The notes: generated from the sequence alone by a model not told the origin. Shown: positions 9,683 to 18,844, counted from the stretch's first letter. The stretch is 64,000 nt of DNA from Candidatus Sumerlaeaceae bacterium (GCA_051003195.1 JBPCLP010000017.1:1-64000), one strand, 5' to 3'. Made by a program: numbers and translations.

Positions 9683-11614
9683 CTATTTGGCTCCCGCGGC
9701 AGGCATTGCGGGCGACATCCGAATCTGATAGAGTCCCGAGACAGCGACACGGTCGTCCTTCTTCAGGCCGCTTGCTACGACTGCCCACTCCTCGCGGAAT
9801 CCGCTGACATTCAGAGGAGTGGCAACGTAGATTTCCGGGGCGGTCTTAAGGAACGCCTGGCGCACTCCATTCTGAGTAAAGAGCGCAGTTTTAGGAATCA
9901 GCAGCAGCGGTTTTTCCTCGCCCGATTCGATCTCGATTTTAGAGAACATCCCGCCGCGAAGGAGTTGATCGGGGTTCGGTACGTTGAAGACAGCGCGCAG
10001 CGTCTGGCTTTGCGGATCTATCTGCTGGCCGAAAGTATGGAGAGTTCCCTGAAAAGAACGCTCCGGGAATGCCTCCACGGTTATTCGGGCGGATTTGGCC
10101 TCGCGCACCGCGGCAATGTCCGATTCAAAGATGTCCGCCTGCACGAAGACCTCGTCCAGATTAATAATCTGAAACAGCTTCTTGTCAGAGGCAACGTACT
10201 CTCCGACGGTTGCATGGCTCTCGGCAACGATTCCGGACAAGGGAGCCCTGATCTGAATATCCTTTACGCTGGTTGCAATCCCCTCCGTGGACAACGAACT
10301 GGTTAACGTCGCCAGGCGTTTGCGAAGGCCTGCGATTTTGTCCTGCGCGATCTTGAGCTGCGCGCGGGCCTGGTCGACTTCCTTGGCAGCAATGACTGAG
10401 GCAAGCCGCTCGGTTCGCTGCGCGTTTTGTGTCGCGAGGGTCAGCTCCTGCTGCGCCTGGCCAAGGTCAGCTTCGACCTGGGCGCGATCGTTGGTTAGCG
10501 TGATCTTCTCTGCTGCCGGTATCAGCTGCTCCAGAATGACGAGTATATCGCCTTTCTGAACATACGCACCGGCAATGGGAAGACGCCCGCCCTCCACCGG
10601 GGGTTTGAGTTTGCCTTCAGCAGGCGGCGTCACGTCTGCTGTCAGGTCAGGACGTATCTGAACCTGTCCGAGCGCTCGAAAGGAAAGAGGTAAGTTGCGT
10701 TCCAGCACCCGGGTAGTATGAATGTCGGCCTGAAACTGCGTATCGATTGGAACAAAGTGAGCAGAACCCGGCGACTGAACAGCGGATGCTGCCAGGCTCG
10801 CACCGGAATGATCCTCGCCGGCGTGCGCCTGCAGGCGGCCCACAGCGCCGACTATCAGCATAAAAAACAGGGCGACATCGCGTCCCTTTCCGTGCGCGGG
10901 CTTTTCGGCTGCGCTTGTGTCAGAGGCGAGAGATTCAGACGACATCCCAGCCTTTTTATTGAAGTCTGTTGATTGAGGGCGAGCACGCCCGCGAGCCAGG
11001 CGTACCAGCCATATACTCACGACGAGAAGGTTGGCGACAGCCAGCACTCCTGCTACAGCGACAAGCGCCCAGAAGATGTATCGGGGCAGGCCAAGGATCA
11101 GCCCGGCGGTGTTGTCCCCATGACCATGCCCTTCCTGGTCAGACTTCGCTTCCGTTCCGGCGAGAGTGACATTATCAAATGTCAGAAAGTCACTGATTTC
11201 GCCTGCGGAGACTTCAATGGACAGGGTATGGGTTGTCTTGCTGGCATCGAGTCCGAGTATCTTATAAGTTCCGGCGATGGACGCAGTGGTGGTCTCCAGC
11301 TTACGGGCTTCGGGGGTCAGTATCTCGGTTACAACCTGTGCGTCCACGACGGCATGACTATCATCCAGCCGCATCAGGTAAAGAGTCGGGTCCTGTGATT
11401 TGGAGGCATGCTCCGGGAAGACGAGTACAGCCTCCAAAGAATCTGAACGAGAGTAAAAGCGTGGCGAAGCGACTGCACTCGCCTGACTGGGAGCCGCCGG
11501 GGCCTCGTCGTGTCCAGCATGGGCCGAGACGCGCGAAGCGATCGGCAGCATTATACATAGCAGCAGCACCACTTGGACGGCGAGTGTTCTTTTTGCCATA
11601 TCGTGGAGTAACAT
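9683..11614 (-). CDS. RND periplasmic adaptor (CusB/CzcB-like) with a long N-terminal extension
   Basis: C-terminal ~370 aa carry adaptor hallmarks (VQKGDILVIL, coiled hairpin, IRAPLSGIV, QIDPQSQTLR, LLRGGMF, SGLKKDDRVAVSG); the N-terminal part has two AHAG(H/E)D motifs and extra hydrophobic segments. Confidence 0.9.
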   Translation of the reverse strand: MLLHDMAKRTLAVQVVLLLCIMLPIASRVSAHAGHDEAPAAPSQASAVASPRFYSRSDSLEAVLVFPEHASKSQDPTLYLMRLDDSHAVVDAQVVTEILTPEARKLETTTASIAGTYKILGLDASKTTHTLSIEVSAGEISDFLTFDNVTLAGTEAKSDQEGHGHGDNTAGLILGLPRYIFWALVAVAGVLAVANLLVVSIWLVRLARGRARPQSTDFNKKAGMSSESLASDTSAAEKPAHGKGRDVALFFMLIVGAVGRLQAHAGEDHSGASLAASAVQSPGSAHFVPIDTQFQADIHTTRVLERNLPLSFRALGQVQIRPDLTADVTPPAEGKLKPPVEGGRLPIAGAYVQKGDILVILEQLIPAAEKITLTNDRAQVEADLGQAQQELTLATQNAQRTERLASVIAAKEVDQARAQLKIAQDKIAGLRKRLATLTSSLSTEGIATSVKDIQIRAPLSGIVAESHATVGEYVASDKKLFQIINLDEVFVQADIFESDIAAVREAKSARITVEAFPERSFQGTLHTFGQQIDPQSQTLRAVFNVPNPDQLLRGGMFSKIEIESGEEKPLLLIPKTALFTQNGVRQAFLKTAPEIYVATPLNVSGFREEWAVVASGLKKDDRVAVSGLYQIRMSPAMPAAGAK

Positions 11615-11895
11615 AAAATCCTTCTGTTCAGTTTGAAGCCAGGCCGTTTGAGGCAGTGCCTTACGATCCCATTGAAAACCTGCGTCGGCATGATGTCGCC
11701 AGGCACTGGCCGACGCGGTTTCCCATGGTTTTTAGCGGGCCGTCATCTGCATGCCGCATTTAGGGATGCCCCTGGTATGTTTCATCGTTTCTTTCCTTTT
11801 GTGACAGATTCCATGACTGGTAAAGAGTCCGAAGGTTTTGGCGGATGCCAAATCTCCGGCTTGATGTTTTCGATACGATCCAGACATTCGGGGCG

Positions 11896-12228
11896 TTACT
11901 TTCTCTTTGCGTCAGCTAGAGCGATCTTCAGATATTCATCCGGTTTAGCATTGAACTTTGCTGAGCAGCCTCCGCAACATAGGCTCACTTGGTAGCCCTT
12001 GTAGGTCACCTTGGATCCTTCACCCATGGAACCTATCGGAGACCCCGCGACTGGGCAGTTGGCATTGTTGACTACCTTAACGGAGGGTTTCTTAGCTTTG
12101 CCTTTCGCTTGGACCGTCGCGGTGGATTCCGCCGCCTGCGCGTTAGTGTTTGTTCCTAGCCCGAATGCCAATGCGACCGCAGCGGCTGCCGCAATGCAAA
12201 AGCTGGTTGTGACCGGATGGGTTTTCAT
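11896..12228 (-). CDS. Small exported YHS/TRASH-like metal-binding protein
   Basis: Signal peptide ending AQA; NANCPVAG...YKGYQVSLCCGGCSAKFNAKPDEY; strong AAGGAGA RBS. Confidence 0.8.
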   Translation of the reverse strand: MKTHPVTTSFCIAAAAAVALAFGLGTNTNAQAAESTATVQAKGKAKKPSVKVVNNANCPVAGSPIGSMGEGSKVTYKGYQVSLCCGGCSAKFNAKPDEYLKIALADAKRK

Positions 12229-12262
12229 TTCTTCTCCTTTGTTGATCGTTCTGGGATTGATC

Positions 12263-13255
12263 TCAGCGCCCGATCGAAGGGCGCTCCTGGGTGGTCGTGG
12301 TCAAATTGGAGTTACTTCCGTGTGTATCGGACGGCGGCTTTGACAGCTTGTAAAAGTTGTAGCTGAAGTGTTCCGTTGCCACAGCCCCGGTTTTGGAATC
12401 AGGCAGCCGAAGGATTGCAGTGACACTAACAGGCGGTGCGAGACCTGTCGCAAGCCGACCGACCAGGTGCGTGCCATCGGAGGCTTGCACCAGTTCGATC
12501 TGCTCCTGTCCGTCCTGAAGCAGCAGGCGTCCCGAAAACCCCTGCGCCGGGATCGGACAGGAGTCTTTGTCATAAAAGTGCATTCGGAACTCGCCAGACG
12601 CAGGATAAGATCCCTCAACATGGTATACGTCGTTGAGGGCCATGGAGAAACGTCCGCCGTGATTTGCTTTGTGCGGACACTTCGAGGCTGCATGTCCATG
12701 ACTAGCCGGGACTGCTGCGGCTTCCAGAAACGTGGGCTTCCAATCCGTCAATACGGTTATGCCGGTGATTCGCTGCAGTCCATTAACCTCGTCCTGCAGC
12801 TTGCGGGCAAATGCAGTCGTCTCGTCCGTCTTGCCGGCGTCGCCGTATTTGTCCAGCTGGACCGCAATAGCTCCGATTCGTTGAATCGCTGACGTGAGTT
12901 CGGAGCGTGCAGATTCCGGCAAACCATCGGTGTACTGTGTTGCGCTGGAGGCCGCGTCCCTTGCTGAAAACGCTGATCCGTGCACCTTGGTCAAAGCTCC
13001 GCCCGCAATGTGAGCGTCTACCTGACGTTGAAAGTATGCGACCGCATTTACCGCCTCATCGAGGCTGGCCACCCGCAAGGCGGGAAGAGAGTCCGCTGGG
13101 CGATCATCATGCCCCTCTGACGCGTATACACGCGAAGAAGTAATGCCGAGTACAACATGCGTGCCGGTAAAAACTACACAACATATGTAGGAAATCAGGA
13201 CGTCCCGCCGAAAACGGCGGAACGTCCCTCTCTCATTCGGACTATTTTTTTGCAC
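12263..13255 (-). CDS. Exported His-rich hypothetical protein (helical domain plus HKANHGG...YHVEG domain)
   Basis: N-terminal hydrophobic segment then EGHDD; helical domain homologous to part of 13242-14663; start overlaps the upstream gene's end. Confidence 0.75.
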   Translation of the reverse strand: MQKNSPNERGTFRRFRRDVLISYICCVVFTGTHVVLGITSSRVYASEGHDDRPADSLPALRVASLDEAVNAVAYFQRQVDAHIAGGALTKVHGSAFSARDAASSATQYTDGLPESARSELTSAIQRIGAIAVQLDKYGDAGKTDETTAFARKLQDEVNGLQRITGITVLTDWKPTFLEAAAVPASHGHAASKCPHKANHGGRFSMALNDVYHVEGSYPASGEFRMHFYDKDSCPIPAQGFSGRLLLQDGQEQIELVQASDGTHLVGRLATGLAPPVSVTAILRLPDSKTGAVATEHFSYNFYKLSKPPSDTHGSNSNLTTTTQERPSIGR

Positions 13256-14663
13256 TTTCCTGCGCCTTCTTAAAGCCGGCCTCGGGATCCTTCATGAACA
13301 TCTGCGTACAGCCATTGCAGCATAGACCGATTTTAGTCCCGTTGTGAATCAGCGCGGCGCCAGGTTCCATGGAGCCGACTGCCATTCCACTGACCGGGCA
13401 CTTTGTGTTACCCAGCACTTTGACGTCCTCGCCTGCCTTTGCACTTGTGCCGACAATCTCATGGACGGCAGCGACCTCAGCTTTGAACTTGGGCATCAGC
13501 GCTTTGGTCTGCTCCTGGTCTTTGTTGTCGCCGTATTTGTCGAGCAGGCCCGCCAGGGACTTCACACGCTTCAAAGCTGTTTCCAGCTTTTGCTTTTTAT
13601 CGGCATCAAGGTCTTTGGCCTTTTCGGGTAGCGTCATCATGAGATCGCGTGCTGCAAAAGCAAGTTCATGGACCTTGTGAAGCGGGCCAAAGTTCGCGAC
13701 GTTGTCGAGCCTCTCTACTGTTTCGTCCACTTCAGTCATAATCGCTTTAGGATCTTCCGGCAATTGGCGCGGTGCCACTTCTACGCCGAAAGGAGCAAAG
13801 ACATCCTTGCCGTTGATTTGCACTTGCGAATAAAGCACGTGGTAACCCGGGTGTGGAAGGCCGACGTGAAATTTCAACTCGGGGCCGCCACGCTCCTCGG
13901 CTTTCTCCGGTTCTTTACCGAGGGGATGAATATGCGCTACATTCAGGCGATCGTCGCTGAAGCCAACCATGTGAGCGAAAGCGCCCATTACCGGTTCAAG
14001 CTTGTCGAAAGGCTTGCCGTCCGGCCCGGTGACCAACACCGTCGCCCCAGTAGCTTTTCCCTGGACCAGCTTGGGGTCGTCAAACTTCAGTTCGAAGGTG
14101 TATCCGTCAGATGTGACCTTGCGCTCAAAAGTTTTTTGTACTGAGCCAGGGCTTCCGCCAGGAACCTCAATGGCTGCTACCGAGTATTCTTGGATGCCAG
14201 TGGCTTTGGGGTGTAGATCGCAATAAACTAGGTATTTGCCAGCCTTTTTTGGAGCGAAAGGGAATGCGTATGCACCTACTTCCTTCATGGGTTTTGGGTG
14301 GATGTGATGGTAATCGCCAAGGCTCGGATCCACAATCAGCAGGTGGATTGGTTCCGTATGGACAACTTCCAGGTCACCGACGGGAACAGGTTTCCCGTCC
14401 TTTGTTTTTAAGGTCAGGATCATCTGCGAGGTTTTGCCAATAGCCGGGGGCTCTTCCGAGGAAACGTGAGAGGAAATTGTGGCTTCACCCGATCCTCCAT
14501 ATGTGTGGCCATGACGGCCGTCTTGGCCAGCGGCATCAGTGCTATGCTGCTCTGTCTTGGATTTTGTATCGGTTTGGGAGATCGCGGTACCGGCAAATAA
14601 AACGCTGGCAGCAATGGCGATCAAACATTTCGGGGCAACATGGGTGCTTAGGTACAAGTTCAA
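13242..14663 (-). CDS. Exported multidomain putative metal-binding protein (two HIHP domains, helical domain, C-terminal YHS-like domain)
   Basis: Signal peptide; duplicated motifs HLLIVDPSLGDYHHIHP and AHMVGFSDDRLNVAHIHP; C-terminal NTKCPVSG...CCNGC..F.KDP; AGGAG before the TTG start. Confidence 0.8.
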   Translation of the reverse strand: MNLYLSTHVAPKCLIAIAASVLFAGTAISQTDTKSKTEQHSTDAAGQDGRHGHTYGGSGEATISSHVSSEEPPAIGKTSQMILTLKTKDGKPVPVGDLEVVHTEPIHLLIVDPSLGDYHHIHPKPMKEVGAYAFPFAPKKAGKYLVYCDLHPKATGIQEYSVAAIEVPGGSPGSVQKTFERKVTSDGYTFELKFDDPKLVQGKATGATVLVTGPDGKPFDKLEPVMGAFAHMVGFSDDRLNVAHIHPLGKEPEKAEERGGPELKFHVGLPHPGYHVLYSQVQINGKDVFAPFGVEVAPRQLPEDPKAIMTEVDETVERLDNVANFGPLHKVHELAFAARDLMMTLPEKAKDLDADKKQKLETALKRVKSLAGLLDKYGDNKDQEQTKALMPKFKAEVAAVHEIVGTSAKAGEDVKVLGNTKCPVSGMAVGSMEPGAALIHNGTKIGLCCNGCTQMFMKDPEAGFKKAQESAKK

Positions 14664-14887
14664 ACTCCTGTAAAGAATATGTAAATGCTTCAGTCTGCAG
14701 GACGAAGCTTAGTTTTGCGAGATATAGGCGTCGACGCTCTGCCAAATACTGGCGCCAACAGGTCTGGGCAACACGTCGGAGTCTCGGGAGCGGCACCAAT
14801 CAGCAGACCGACCTATCGCGCTTCAGTGCGCGTCAAATACTACATGATCGATTTGTGCTGGGCACACTTCTCCCGGTGCGGGGGATC

Positions 14888-15385
14888 TCAAATCCTAATG
14901 GAGAGATTTCTAAGATACAGCTGTGGTGCCGCACCTGTAGCGAGTGCGTGCTGATCCAGGCAAAGCCCCCGAGAACCATGATTCAACAGGTCATCAGAGA
15001 GTGAAATTAGGCGATTCGCAACTTGCGTCTTTGCACTATCAAGGCGAATACCACTAGATGGTAACAGAGGTTCCGGAAAGCTTCTCTGGTCTTCACATCC
15101 ACACTCGCAGACCGAACCTGACCCTGAATGGTGGAAGCAGCTTTTGCAGTGGCACATTGCGGACCCGCAGCAGGACTGCGCATCAGTGCCTGCTTGTTGA
15201 GCACAGCAGTCATGGCTGCCTACCGCAGGTGCGGCCACAGCTTGCGACGAGCAGCAGGCACCGTGTGTCTCGGCCGCAGTAATTTGGACGTTATTCGACG
15301 CTTCTTCCGCTGCGTAGTCGGCAAGACTCCAACAAAAAGACGTGGTGAGCACGACAAGCACTATTGAAAAATATCGCCGCATCAT
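14888..15385 (-). CDS. Cys-rich exported peptide heading the metal-efflux cluster
   Basis: Signal-like N-terminus MMRRYFSIVLVVLTTSFCWSLA; 14 Cys arranged as CC x3, CHCKSC and CECGC; tail APQLYLRNLSIRI. Start moved from TTG 15421 to ATG 15385. Confidence 0.7.
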   Translation of the reverse strand: MMRRYFSIVLVVLTTSFCWSLADYAAEEASNNVQITAAETHGACCSSQAVAAPAVGSHDCCAQQAGTDAQSCCGSAMCHCKSCFHHSGSGSVCECGCEDQRSFPEPLLPSSGIRLDSAKTQVANRLISLSDDLLNHGSRGLCLDQHALATGAAPQLYLRNLSIRI

Positions 15386-15422
15386 AAAGGCTGAGATCAG
15401 AGTCTCCGGTGAAAAGTTCAAG

Positions 15423-15632
15423 TCAATTTATCGATCGCGCAACGTAAGGATTCCCGTAATCCAAATAAATCGGTGCATGCTGTCCGTCAGCTTGCCTGCA
15501 GCCGCTCTGGGCGCAGCAACAATGCTGAGCTGTAGAAGGCGGGGCTGTGCCGTCGCAATTGCATGCCACTGCAATAGCGGGCCCTCCAAACGACAGTGAC
15601 AGCAGAATCATGATCCGCTGCACCGTGGACAT
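15423..15632 (-). CDS. Second small Cys-rich exported peptide (69 aa)
   Basis: MSTVQRIMILLSLSFGGPAIAVA then CNC...HCCCAQSGC...HAPIYL; same strand as, and directly upstream of, the 14888-15385 Cys-rich ORF. Confidence 0.5.
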   Translation of the reverse strand: MSTVQRIMILLSLSFGGPAIAVACNCDGTAPPSTAQHCCCAQSGCRQADGQHAPIYLDYGNPYVARSIN

Positions 15633-15798
15633 TAATTTCCGGCTGGTCGGCATCGGCTGATTCGTAATGCGCCGCCAACTGCGAAATATTCGTAAGCATG
15701 AACCTCATGGCAGGACGGCGATGCATTTAGGGAATTAGTTCGCGTCGCCTCTGAGATTCTCATTGCGGAAACCGAGCCCTGCGGCTGCACAAGGCGCA

Positions 15799-16752
15799 AT
15801 GGACATTTTCCGCCGCGCAAAGTGGAGACCATACGCAGTCGGAGGTGTAATCACGCTGGCGTGGCTGGTGATGATGGCGTCTCTGTTAACCCGTCATGTT
15901 TTGCCGCAAAAACGAACTCCGCTGGATGAATCAGCGATCGAAGACCCCGCGGTCCTGACACACCGCTGGCGCGACATGCGAGAATACATGCTGCTTATGT
16001 ATGGGAAGGCGATCCTGGGTGCAGCATCCACAGTTGTTTACAGGCTGGAAGGGCCGCGCGTCCATTATGTGGCGAACTTCCGGCTCGGTGCTACGCTGGG
16101 CTTTGCGAAGCTGCGGCAGACGATCACCATTAAAGCCATCGGCGAGCTGGACTCGCAATTCGAGCTGAAGGGATTCTTCGTTGACGCAAACCTCGCTACA
16201 TTGCGCCTGCGCGTACGGGGAGCGACGCGGGGTACAGAGCTGTTTCTCGATGTGGAAAAGAACGGTCACCATGCGTTGTCCCGACTGCAGCTCGGACGGC
16301 GCATTTCCCTTCTGGAGGCAGTGCGTCCGGCCTTGATGCAGAAGTTCGTCATACGTCCCGGTGCTGTCTACGTACTGCCCGTCGCTGACCCGATGTTCAG
16401 CATGCAACACGGACAGGTGGAAATCCGAATTCTTGATCGCGAGAAACTGACTGTGTCTGGCAGGGATTTAATGGGCTACAAAGTGGAGATGCGCCTAAAC
16501 GACTTTATATCGTACTGCTGGGTGGACAGGCATGGGAATACGCTCCGACGCCAAATCGTCGGCAATCTGACCATGGAACGCGCGGATGAGGTCGAGGCGA
16601 AAAAGGTCTCTGGCGTCCTGTCAGAGCCACTTGAATTGCCGGCGCTCGATCTTGGACAATTCACCAGGGTGCGGTCGCAGACAATCGATCAGATGTCGGA
16701 TGGAAAACAGAGTCCGCTCGCAGTGCTCGGCGGATTGATGAAACCCGAGTAA
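15799..16752 (+). CDS. Membrane-anchored hypothetical protein
   Basis: Long ORF with an N-terminal TM helix (VGGVITLAWLVMMASLL) and a beta-rich body (YCWVDRHGNTLRRQ); no recognised catalytic motif. Confidence 0.7.
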   Translation: MDIFRRAKWRPYAVGGVITLAWLVMMASLLTRHVLPQKRTPLDESAIEDPAVLTHRWRDMREYMLLMYGKAILGAASTVVYRLEGPRVHYVANFRLGATLGFAKLRQTITIKAIGELDSQFELKGFFVDANLATLRLRVRGATRGTELFLDVEKNGHHALSRLQLGRRISLLEAVRPALMQKFVIRPGAVYVLPVADPMFSMQHGQVEIRILDREKLTVSGRDLMGYKVEMRLNDFISYCWVDRHGNTLRRQIVGNLTMERADEVEAKKVSGVLSEPLELPALDLGQFTRVRSQTIDQMSDGKQSPLAVLGGLMKPE

Positions 16753-16757
16753 ACTAC

Positions 16758-18056
16758 TCAGGCCACGATCTGGGCCAGCGCTTTGCGACAAGCCTCCAAA
16801 GTGCTTTCGACGTGAGCCGAAGTATGTGCCGCAGAAACAAACACGCATTCGTACTGGCTCGGGGCCAGGTAGATTCCCTGGTCCAGCAGGGAATGGAAAA
16901 AATACCGGAATGCAGAGATGTCGCAGCGTTTCGCGTCGCGATAGTTCGTGACAGGCTGATCGGAAAAAAAGGCAGTCAGCAGAGAACCTACGCGTTGAAC
17001 CTGGACGGGTATTTCCATCTGGTCGAACGTAGCGGTGAGACCACCTGAAAGCTGTGCGGCGAGGGCATCGAGCTGGTGGTAAAGCGCTGGCCCGCGCTTC
17101 TTGATTTCTCGCAGTATTGCCAGCCCCGCACTCATCGCAAGCGGATTGCCGGACAGCGTTCCCGCCTGGTACACGGGACCGACAGGGGCGAGATTCTCCA
17201 TAAGTTCCCGGCTGCCGCCGTAAGCACCACACGGTACTCCGCCTCCAAGAATTTTACCCAGGCAGGTAAGGTCAGGTTGGACCGCGTAAAGTTCCTGTGC
17301 TCCGCCAGGGGCAACGCGGAAGCCGGTGATAACTTCGTCAAAGATGAGGAGGGCGCCATGGCTGCGGGTGATCTCACGTACGGCCCGGAGGTAACCCTGT
17401 GCCGGCGCAACCAGACCCATGTTGCCGGCGATTGGTTCGACGATAAACGCGGCGATCTCTGTTCCGTATTTCTCGAATGCGGTTTGGAGTTCGCTGACGT
17501 CGTTGTATTCGACGACAATGGTTTCAGCAGCAAGAACGGCGGGCACGCCTGCGGTTTCTGGAATGCCAAGAGTGGCTACACCAGAGCCGGCAGTCGCGAG
17601 CAAGGCGTCGACACTTCCGTGAAAACATCCCGCGCATTTGACGATCTTGCTGCGTCCTGTTACGCCACGCGCCAGCCGCACGGCCGAAGTCGTCGCTTCG
17701 CTACCGCTGTTCACGAAGCGCACCATTTCGATGCTCGGTACAATCTCGCAGACCAGCTCTGCCAACTCGACTTCCAGTTGCGTTGGAGCCCCGTAGGTAC
17801 TTCCGTGCGCTGCTGCATTCGAGATGGCTTCCACAACAAAGCTCGGCGCGTGGCCGAAAAGCAAGGGTCCGTACGAGCCCACATAGTCGATGTATTCGAT
17901 GCCATCTGCATCGGTAAGAGTGGCACCGTTGCCGCTGACTATGAAGGGAGGCGTACCCCCGACTGCCTTGAATGCGCGAACCGGACTGTTAACGCCGCCG
18001 GGTATGCGGATGCCTGCTCGTTCGAAAAGTTCACTGGAGCGCGGGCGTACGCTCAA
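16758..18056 (-). CDS. hemL: Glutamate-1-semialdehyde 2,1-aminomutase
   Basis: IPGGVNSPVRAF, YIDYVGSYGPL, FDEVITGFR, PLP lysine in LGKILGGG, YQAGTLSGNPLAM, YLAPSQYE. Confidence 0.97.
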   Translation of the reverse strand: MSVRPRSSELFERAGIRIPGGVNSPVRAFKAVGGTPPFIVSGNGATLTDADGIEYIDYVGSYGPLLFGHAPSFVVEAISNAAAHGSTYGAPTQLEVELAELVCEIVPSIEMVRFVNSGSEATTSAVRLARGVTGRSKIVKCAGCFHGSVDALLATAGSGVATLGIPETAGVPAVLAAETIVVEYNDVSELQTAFEKYGTEIAAFIVEPIAGNMGLVAPAQGYLRAVREITRSHGALLIFDEVITGFRVAPGGAQELYAVQPDLTCLGKILGGGVPCGAYGGSRELMENLAPVGPVYQAGTLSGNPLAMSAGLAILREIKKRGPALYHQLDALAAQLSGGLTATFDQMEIPVQVQRVGSLLTAFFSDQPVTNYRDAKRCDISAFRYFFHSLLDQGIYLAPSQYECVFVSAAHTSAHVESTLEACRKALAQIVA

Positions 18057-18784
18057 GCCGGCCCACCGTGTGTAGTTTGTTGCGAAGACCCGGGGGCTGG
18101 CGGTGGCTGGGTTGCCGCTTCACCCTGGCCTTGCGGCGTCAGCCACTGCTTGGGAATACCGACAATATTCTCAAGGTTATTGCGCACCTGGTTGAGCGAG
18201 ATGCGGTTTCCGCAAGCAGCACAGAGAAAAATATCGCCCGGAGGAAGCTTCATAAAGCCCGCGTCAACCTGCGCATTCGGATCGAGCTGTTGCTGAAACC
18301 GGTACACCGCTTTACAGCGGTCGCACTGCACGTCCGCGTTTGCACTGCGGATAATATCGGGCTGGATGAGCAACTGCGCGATTTCGTCCGCCGGACGCTG
18401 GCGCCTTGGAAACGGCGGACGCGCACTGAAATATTGCTCCGTCAGGAAATCCCCGTCGAGAAACACCGAAAGTGTGTAGCGTCCTTCAAGTGGCAGCGGA
18501 AAGTTTTCAAAGGCGAATACAACATTTGCCACCTGGTCGGCGGCCTCCAAATTAATTTCACCTTTGGTATTACCGAGATTCCGCCCATCGGGCCCGGTGA
18601 CCTGGAGCTCGACGTCGTATTTGCCCTCAGCGCCCACGAAGCCAAGCAGCAGGAAAAAACGCCGATGCGTCGCCGGAAAAATAAAAGAAAAGATGGTATC
18701 GAACATGCCGAGAGCAGAAAACTTTCCGCCTTCATTTCGCACTTCGTCACATTGAAGAAAGTATTTTAGTTTCGGGATAGCCAT
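18053..18784 (-). CDS. Hypothetical protein: DUF6941-like beta-sandwich plus CxxC...CxxC zinc ribbon
   Basis: FLQCDEVRNEGGKFSALGMFD...FPLPLEGRYTLSVFLDG pattern; CDRC and CAAC; stop overlaps the hemL start. Confidence 0.75.
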   Translation of the reverse strand: MAIPKLKYFLQCDEVRNEGGKFSALGMFDTIFSFIFPATHRRFFLLLGFVGAEGKYDVELQVTGPDGRNLGNTKGEINLEAADQVANVVFAFENFPLPLEGRYTLSVFLDGDFLTEQYFSARPPFPRRQRPADEIAQLLIQPDIIRSANADVQCDRCKAVYRFQQQLDPNAQVDAGFMKLPPGDIFLCAACGNRISLNQVRNNLENIVGIPKQWLTPQGQGEAATQPPPAPGSSQQTTHGGPA

Positions 18785-18844
18785 TGTGGTACTTTCGGGT
18801 CAGTATTGAAAATTAATCGATGCTTGTTATGAGAGAACAACCGG

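Noticed and set aside
17076..18296. 406-aa + strand ORF
   Set aside because: Antisense to hemL and the upstream gene; no motifs; expected in GC-rich coding DNA.
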